DNA of 64,000 bases from Candidatus Brocadiia bacterium (GTDB lineage: Bacteria; Planctomycetota; Brocadiia; CAIUPP01), in the NCBI GenBank assembly GCA_050015075.1, contig JBEKCB010000013.1, positions 1-64,000 on the forward strand, given 5' to 3'. The position numbers were made by a program, and so were the translations under genes. The notes beneath the pieces were generated by a model, which worked only from the letters and a program-made list of their open reading frames with translations, made no database searches and had not been told where the DNA came from. Numbering within the stretch: position 1 is the stretch's first letter; every line of letters starts with the position of its first letter. Of the stretch, positions 56,631-64,000 are shown one piece after another.

Positions 56631-58778
56631 ATGAAAGCGCTGATCACCGGAGCGAGCGGGTTCCTGGGCGGCTACGTCGCGGAGGCGCTCGTCAAAGCCG
56701 GGCACACCGTGCGCGTCCTGGTCCGGAACACCAGCCGGACCGACCGCCTGGAGAAGCTCGGCGTGGAAATTCTCCGCGGCGACCTGAAGGACGCCGAGTC
56801 GCTTCAGCACGCGGTCGCCGGCATCGAGACGGTGATCAACACGGCGGCCAGCGTGGACGCGCCCGCGCAGGAATTCGAGGCGGCGACGATCCAGGGCACG
56901 CGCGCGCTGCTCCAGGCCGCCGAGGCCGCCGGCGTCGGCCGCTTCGTCCACATCAGCTCGGTCGGCATCTACGCGATCCGGCCGCGCCGCGGGACCACGC
57001 AGATCAGCGAGGATTGGCCGCTCGAGGAGGACCCGCGGTTCCTGAGCGTCTACGTCAGGTCCAAGCTCGAGTCGGAACGCGCCGCCGTCGAGTTCGGCGG
57101 GCACGGCAAGATGCAGGTGATCGTCCTCCGCTCGGGAATCCTCTACGGCCCCGGCGGCAAGTGGACGCTGCCGCGGATGGGCTATCCGCTCGGCCGGAAC
57201 CGGTACGTCGTCATCGGCCGCGGGAGCAACCCGCTGCCGGTCTGCTACGTGGAAAACTGCGCGAAGGCGGCGGTGCTCGCGGCAGAGAAGCCGGACCTTT
57301 CCGAAGGGATTTTCAATATCGTGGACGACGAGCCGTTCACGACGATCGAGTTCCTGCGCCGCCTCCGGAAGGAGGCGCGGCCCCGGCTGAAGATCGTGCG
57401 CTTCCCGTACGCGCTCGCGTACGGCATGGCGACGATCGGCGAGGCGCTGGGCAAGCGGCTCAAGCTGCCCTGCCCGATCCGCACGACGTACCTGACGATC
57501 TGCCGCTGGCGCGTGAGGTATTCGAACGAGCGCGCGAAGAAGCTGCTGGGCTGGCGGCCGGAGATCGCGAAGGAGGAGGCGCTCGCGCGGACGATGCGGT
57601 TCCTCGCGCAGGGCGAGCGCGTCAGCCGGCGCGCGGACCTGGCGCTGCTGCGGAGTTCGCCTGCGAACGTGGAGAAGCCCCTCACCGCCTGCGTGATCGG
57701 CTGCGGCGCGATCGCCGAGGTGCACCTGGGAATCCTCAACCGGCTGGACTGCGTGAAGGTGCGCGGCGTGTGCGACTCCAATCCCGATGTCGCGCGCAGG
57801 ACGGCGGAGAAATTCATGCTCCTGCGCTCCTACACGGACCCGGAGGAGATGCTGATCAAGGAGAAGCCGCAGGTCGTGCACATCGTCACGCCGCCGCAGT
57901 CCCACGCGGCGCTGACGGAGCTGGCCACGAAGCACGGCTGCCACGTGCTCGTCGAGAAGCCGATGGCCGTGAACGCCGCCGAGGCGCGGCTCATGGCCGC
58001 CGCCGCCAAAGAGCGCGGCGTGACGCTCTGCGTGGACCACAACCTGCTCTACGAGCCGGTGATGGTCCAGGCGCGGCGGTTCATCGAGCAGAAGGAGTTC
58101 GGGGACATTCTCTGGGTGGAGAGCTATTACGGCTTCGACCTGGGCTCGTCCCCGGCGAACCGCTACCTGCTTCCCGGCGGCGAGAAGCACTGGACGTTTC
58201 AGCTTCCCGGCGGGATGTATCAAAACCTGGCGCCGCATCCGCTTTCGCTGGCGCTGGACGTGCTCGGGCCGCCGGATCAGGTGCAGGCGCACGCCCGCTA
58301 CGGACGCGTGCTGCCGCATGCGGCGACCGACGAGCTGCGCATCCTGCTCGAGACGCCGCGCGCCGGCGGCATCGCCACCGTCTCGATCGCCGCCAGCCCG
58401 CGCTTCATGTACCTGAACATCTTCGGCACGAAGATGGCGCTTTTCGCGGACCTGCTGAACAAGTGGATCATTCCGCAGCGCGCCGCGCGCGGCATCCCCA
58501 GGCCGATCTCGCGGGCGATGATGAACCTCCAACACGGCCGCGCCGTCCTCGGCGGCACCTTCGGCGGCGCGATCCGCATTCTCCAGAGAAGCTGGTCCGA
58601 GTACGAGGGAATGGACCTGCTCATCCGTGAGTTCTACGCCTCGCTCCAGGAAAAGCGCCCGCCGCCGGTCACCGCGGAAGAGGGCCTGCGCGTGATGGAG
58701 GTCATGGACGACGTCTGGGCGCGGATCGGCGCCGGCGCGGTCGGCCCGGCCTCGGCGGAACACCCTCCGGTGCGCTGA
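56631..58778 (+). CDS. Fusion of an NAD-dependent epimerase/dehydratase and a Gfo/Idh/MocA oxidoreductase
   Basis: N-terminal TGASGFLG and YVRSK. C-terminal IGCGAIA, TPPQSH and VEKP. Confidence 0.88.
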   Translation: MKALITGASGFLGGYVAEALVKAGHTVRVLVRNTSRTDRLEKLGVEILRGDLKDAESLQHAVAGIETVINTAASVDAPAQEFEAATIQGTRALLQAAEAAGVGRFVHISSVGIYAIRPRRGTTQISEDWPLEEDPRFLSVYVRSKLESERAAVEFGGHGKMQVIVLRSGILYGPGGKWTLPRMGYPLGRNRYVVIGRGSNPLPVCYVENCAKAAVLAAEKPDLSEGIFNIVDDEPFTTIEFLRRLRKEARPRLKIVRFPYALAYGMATIGEALGKRLKLPCPIRTTYLTICRWRVRYSNERAKKLLGWRPEIAKEEALARTMRFLAQGERVSRRADLALLRSSPANVEKPLTACVIGCGAIAEVHLGILNRLDCVKVRGVCDSNPDVARRTAEKFMLLRSYTDPEEMLIKEKPQVVHIVTPPQSHAALTELATKHGCHVLVEKPMAVNAAEARLMAAAAKERGVTLCVDHNLLYEPVMVQARRFIEQKEFGDILWVESYYGFDLGSSPANRYLLPGGEKHWTFQLPGGMYQNLAPHPLSLALDVLGPPDQVQAHARYGRVLPHAATDELRILLETPRAGGIATVSIAASPRFMYLNIFGTKMALFADLLNKWIIPQRAARGIPRPISRAMMNLQHGRAVLGGTFGGAIRILQRSWSEYEGMDLLIREFYASLQEKRPPPVTAEEGLRVMEVMDDVWARIGAGAVGPASAEHPPVR

Positions 58779-58847
58779 CCCGCGTAAAACCGTGTTGAAA
58801 TCGCGCTACAGCCGGGGGTATCTCGAAAAATCAACATGTAGAATTTC

Positions 58848-58876
58848 TTGACACGACGCGGAAGGCGGGGTATACT
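58848..58876 (+). promoter_or_regulatory. sigma70 promoter of the kinase/regulator operon
   Basis: TTGACA-N17-TATACT. Confidence 0.75.
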
Positions 58877-59005
58877 TGGTTAAATCGCATCGGTTGCGCC
58901 GCTGCAACACGATGCCGGGGGCCAGGCTGCCAGGCGGAATGGGACGATCTGCCATGGCGCTGAGACTTACAAATACCGATTTCCAGCGCGGAGAGACTTG
59001 CTCTG

Positions 59006-61129
59006 ATGAGCGGGGCTGAACATATCTTCGTTATTTCCATGGGCCGCCCGTCGGATATCATGCTGGAAGATACCATCGCGGCGGAGGGGTATAAAGTCAC
59101 GCACACCCCGACGTTGCAGGAAGGCCTGGCGAAACACGGCCCGAAAGCATGCAGCGCGGTGGTTTTCCTGGCCGGACTGCCCGAAAGCAAGCAGGTCGAA
59201 GCGCTCCTGCGCGAGGCCACCGAACAGCTTCCGGCGGCGAAGTTCCTCGTCGCCATGGACGACGGCGCCCTGACGGTGATCTCGAGCGATTTGGAGAAGG
59301 CGCTCGCCGGCCGGCTGCTGCGGCTCGAGGGCGAAATCGCTCTCTCGAAGAACATTGAGAAAATTCGCCGTTTCCTCCGGGGCGAAGGCTATAGCTGGGC
59401 CAGCGACCTGGGCGGCGCGGCCGACCACGACGACTCGCTGCTGGCGGCGACCGGCAGCCTGCCGGAGGGCCGGCAGGACAAGCTGCGCAGCATCCATCGG
59501 TTCGCCAGCGACCTTTCGCGGTACACCGAACTCCAGCCGATGCTGCAGGAGGCGTTGCGGCGCTACCTCGACATTCTGCAATGCGACGCCGGCAGCATCT
59601 ATCTCTGGGACGAGAACACCGAGACGCTGATCCTGGAAGCCGCGCACGGGGCCGATGAGCACGAGCGGGTCGGCCTGCGCCAGAAACTTGGCGAAGGGCT
59701 GGCCGGCTGGGTGGCGCAGGTCGGCGAGCCGATCCTCGTCACCGACTCGCGCAAGGTGCACAAGCTCCAGGGCCGGGTCAGCAGCCGCTACAGCAACTTC
59801 AGTTGCATCGCCGCGCCGATCACGCACGGCGGGCAGTTGTTCGGCATCGTCTGCCTGACCATGCCGAAGGACAACGAGCCGTTCGACCCGGAGGAGTTGC
59901 GCCTGGCGCAAGCCCTCTCGCAGAAGCTCGCCAGCGCCATCCGGCCGCTGAGCGTGCTCTCCGAACTGCGGCGCTTCAGCGAGCGGCTCCTGGGCGCCTT
60001 CAAGTCCTCCAGCGACAGCGAAATCAAGAAGGACGCGCAGGTGGAATCGCTGCGCGTCCTCAGCGGGAACATCCTCGAGAGCGTGCCGATGGCCATCATC
60101 GCGTACGACCGCGAACTGCGCGTCCGGTCGTCGAACCGCGTCGCCCGGTCGCTCTTCGCCATCGAGACGCCGGCGGCCTCCGAGCCGGGGCCCGCGCCGC
60201 TCGAGCAGGGCGTCGAACTGGACAAGGCGCTCTGGCGCAACCGGCTCCTGAGCGTCATCGAGGCCGGGCGCAAGTTCCGGCTCCAGCGCGTCGGCTATCG
60301 CGCCCGCCCGACGGATGGCGGCCAAACCGGCGACCGCAAGCTGGTGCTGGACATCCATTGCTCGCCGCTGACGGACCCGGAAGGGCAGACCGTCGGCGGC
60401 ATCCTGACCGTGCAGGACGTGACCGAAGACCTGGAGATGGAGGCCAAGCTCTCCTCGGCCGAACGGCTGGCGCTCGTCGGCAAGCTGGCCGCCAAGGTGG
60501 CGCACGAGCTCAACAACCCGCTCGACGGCATCCTGCGCTTCCTCAACCTGGCCATGCGGCAGCTCGACAAGCCGGAGCAGGCGCGGGCGTACTTGGAGGA
60601 CAGCCGCATCGGCCTGCTGCGGATGAGCAACATCCTCAAGGAACTGCTGGTCTTTTCGCGCAGCCACCGCGAGCCGGCCACCGTGGCCAGCCTCAGCCTG
60701 GTGATCCAGCAGGCGCTGGCCCCGTACGAGCACCGCGCGCGCGAGTGCCACACGCAGATCCGGCTCGACGTGCCGCCGAACCTGCCGCCCTGCCCGAGCA
60801 ACGAACTGTGGGAGGTCATCGGCAACGTCGTCAAGAACGCCCTCGACGCGATGGGCGAAAACGGCACGCTGACGATCCGCGCCGTTCAGGACGACCAGCG
60901 GGTGACGATCACCATCTCCGACACCGGCCCGGGCGTACCGGAAGAGCTTCGCGAGAAGATCTTCGAGCCGTTCTTCACCACCAAGCAGGACCGCCATGGA
61001 ACCGGCCTCGGCCTGGCGCTTTGCCGCGACGCCCTCCGCCGGATCGGCGGCGAAATCACCCTGGTCCCGTCCGAGCGCGGCGCCGCGTTCCAACTGGTCT
61101 GTCCGATCAAACCCATGTCGGAGAGTTGA
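59006..61129 (+). CDS. Cytoplasmic GAF/PAS sensor histidine kinase (NtrB-like)
   Basis: AHELNNPL, NALDA, DTGPG, FEPFFTTK and GTGLGL. Confidence 0.93.
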   Translation: MSGAEHIFVISMGRPSDIMLEDTIAAEGYKVTHTPTLQEGLAKHGPKACSAVVFLAGLPESKQVEALLREATEQLPAAKFLVAMDDGALTVISSDLEKALAGRLLRLEGEIALSKNIEKIRRFLRGEGYSWASDLGGAADHDDSLLAATGSLPEGRQDKLRSIHRFASDLSRYTELQPMLQEALRRYLDILQCDAGSIYLWDENTETLILEAAHGADEHERVGLRQKLGEGLAGWVAQVGEPILVTDSRKVHKLQGRVSSRYSNFSCIAAPITHGGQLFGIVCLTMPKDNEPFDPEELRLAQALSQKLASAIRPLSVLSELRRFSERLLGAFKSSSDSEIKKDAQVESLRVLSGNILESVPMAIIAYDRELRVRSSNRVARSLFAIETPAASEPGPAPLEQGVELDKALWRNRLLSVIEAGRKFRLQRVGYRARPTDGGQTGDRKLVLDIHCSPLTDPEGQTVGGILTVQDVTEDLEMEAKLSSAERLALVGKLAAKVAHELNNPLDGILRFLNLAMRQLDKPEQARAYLEDSRIGLLRMSNILKELLVFSRSHREPATVASLSLVIQQALAPYEHRARECHTQIRLDVPPNLPPCPSNELWEVIGNVVKNALDAMGENGTLTIRAVQDDQRVTITISDTGPGVPEELREKIFEPFFTTKQDRHGTGLGLALCRDALRRIGGEITLVPSERGAAFQLVCPIKPMSES

Positions 61130-61133
61130 ATCT

Positions 61134-62507
<1,374 letters not shown>

Positions 62508-62569
62508 CGCGCGGCGAAGGCCGAAGTTATTCCCGAGATCGCATAACGCGCGTGGCTCACGAGGGGCTT

Positions 62570-62654
62570 GTCATGCCGAGCGCAGCGAAGCATCTCACAC
62601 GCTTCGGCCTGCAGGCATGCTGTGTATGAGATTCTTCGCTTCGCTCAGAATGAC
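62570..62654. repeat. Palindromic intergenic repeat (GTCAT..GAGC..AGCGAAG.ATCT type)
   Basis: GTCATGCCGAGCGCAGCGAAGCATCTC ... GAGATTCTTCGCTTCGCTCAGAATGAC, between convergent genes. Confidence 0.75.
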
Positions 62655-62714
62655 GGCGCAACAGGAACTGCGTCTGGGAAGCGGACCATCACGGACAGCG
62701 GCGGGGCTTCGCGG

Positions 62715-63116
62715 TCATTCCAGCCAGCGGTACACCTCGAAGTACGGACGCTCGCTGAACCGGGCGGCGACGCCCGCCTTCGCGTACGCGGTGCTGTTCT
62801 CCGTGGGCCTTTCCACGCGGAGCACGGTCGCTCGGGCGCGAAGGCTGCGGAAAAGCGGGCCGGTTCCATAGCCGGACAGGCCGGAAAGCCGAATCCCCAG
62901 CTCCTGCCCGACCTTGAGGTCCTTCCACTCGTCCGCGAGGAAGTAGATTCCGCCGGCGGAGACATTCCCCGATGTGCCGATCCGCTGGGCGGTGCGGCTC
63001 TCGCCCTCTCGGAGATACTCGACGTTCAGTCGCAGGTTCAGCCTGGGTGATTCGCGCCGGTCAGTGTCGCTCTTCGCCACGCCATCAGCGCCCCCCGCTG
63101 CGCATGAGCTTGCCAC
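62715..63116 (-). CDS. PilZ-domain protein (c-di-GMP binding)
   Basis: RRESPR (RxxxR) and NVSAGG (D/NxSxxG). Confidence 0.82.
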   Translation of the reverse strand: MASSCAAGGADGVAKSDTDRRESPRLNLRLNVEYLREGESRTAQRIGTSGNVSAGGIYFLADEWKDLKVGQELGIRLSGLSGYGTGPLFRSLRARATVLRVERPTENSTAYAKAGVAARFSERPYFEVYRWLE

Positions 63117-63195
63117 CGTTTTTGACCCATTTCAGTTGCTGAATGTAAGGCCACAGCCCAGGACGGCAACTTGGGCGCGCGTATATCTACTCGGA

Positions 63196-64000
63196 TCAGG
63201 CCCATTTGTCAAGATTGAAACGCCGTTTCGCGCCCGCCATGGCGCGAATCGGCGCTCCGCTCGAGATTCCGCGCGGCTCAAGCTCCTCCAGATCGAACTT
63301 TTTCATCTTCTTATAGAGAGTCGAACGGCTGATCCCCAGCTCGGAAGCGGCGTTCCGCTTGTTCCAGCCGGCGACGTTCAAAGCGCGCATGATCCATTGG
63401 CGTTCCGGCTCGTGCATCGCCTCGCGCAGCGGCCGGGGCTTGTGCCGCGGCGCCGCCTCCGCCGGGAAAGGCTTCGTGCAGAGCACCCACGACGGCAGGT
63501 GTTCCGCCAGCAGCATCTCGCCCCGCGCCAGCACCACGGCATGCTCGATGACGTGCCGCAGCTCCCTCACGTTCCCGGGCCACGGGTAATGCACCAGGCA
63601 CTCCAGCGCGCTCGGCGAAATCCCGCGCACCCGGCGCCGGTGCTGCAGGGCGAAGTGCTGGAGGAACTGCCGCGCCAGCAGCGGGATGTCCGCCACGCGC
63701 TCGCGCAGCGGCAGCAGTTGGAGCTTGAGCGTGCTCACGCGGCGATAGAGGTCCTCCCGGAACCGGCCGCGCGCGACGGCCTCCTCGAGCGGCGTGTTCG
63801 CCGCCGCGATCAGCCGCGCGTCGCTCTGGATCATCCGCGTGTCGCCGACGCGATGGAACTCGCCCGACTCGAGCGTCCCCAGCAGCCGCTCCTGGAGCGC
63901 CGGCGAGGCGTTCTCGATCTCGTCGAGCAGTATCGTGCCCCGGTCGGCCAGCTCGAACTTGCCCGCGCGCTCCGGGCACTTGGATTCCGGCGTCCCGCGC
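63196..64000 (-). CDS. sigma54-interaction-family AAA+ regulator, 5'-partial
   Basis: The frame is open to the window edge: ..ERAGKFELADRGTILLDEI..., FREDLY.R, WPGNVREL and HTH LGISRSTLYKK. Confidence 0.9.
   Translation of the reverse strand, partial: RGTPESKCPERAGKFELADRGTILLDEIENASPALQERLLGTLESGEFHRVGDTRMIQSDARLIAAANTPLEEAVARGRFREDLYRRVSTLKLQLLPLRERVADIPLLARQFLQHFALQHRRRVRGISPSALECLVHYPWPGNVRELRHVIEHAVVLARGEMLLAEHLPSWVLCTKPFPAEAAPRHKPRPLREAMHEPERQWIMRALNVAGWNKRNAASELGISRSTLYKKMKKFDLEELEPRGISSGAPIRAMAGAKRRFNLDKWA

Overview
GC-rich bacterial window; the organism is not identifiable from the sequence, though the repeat types and hypothetical proteins are reminiscent of PVC-group or deltaproteobacterial genomes. 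The main feature is a selenium island at about 3.4-17.1 kb. It holds a complete selenocysteine (Sec) insertion set: a three-domain selD fusion, tRNA-Sec (selC, anticodon UCA), selA and selB. Interleaved with these are five probable selenoproteins that the ORF track truncates or misses. Four are tandem paralogues of an exported protein family I do not recognise; each reads DFGFS-UGA-(G/N)GPC, has a conserved SECIS-like hairpin 11 nt after the UGA, and continues 37-38 conserved residues. The fifth is a 48-aa membrane micro-protein with CxxU and its own hairpin. The island also carries a corrinoid protein, two MtaA-type methyltransferases and a membrane 4Fe-4S protein, which suggests selenium salvage from methylated selenium compounds (inference). 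The rest of the window holds a NarX/NarL-type pair with a truncated regulator, a GT2/LAB_N/ArnT cassette, a wbpA/B/D/E-like diamino-uronic acid pathway, an ECF sigma cassette, a frameshifted four-helix-bundle gene and housekeeping genes. It also has a PEP-CTERM gene and a large exopolysaccharide operon that share a predicted sigma54 promoter architecture, a kinase plus sigma54 regulator, a PilZ protein and many short palindromic repeats. All calls come from reading motifs by eye; no database searches were run.
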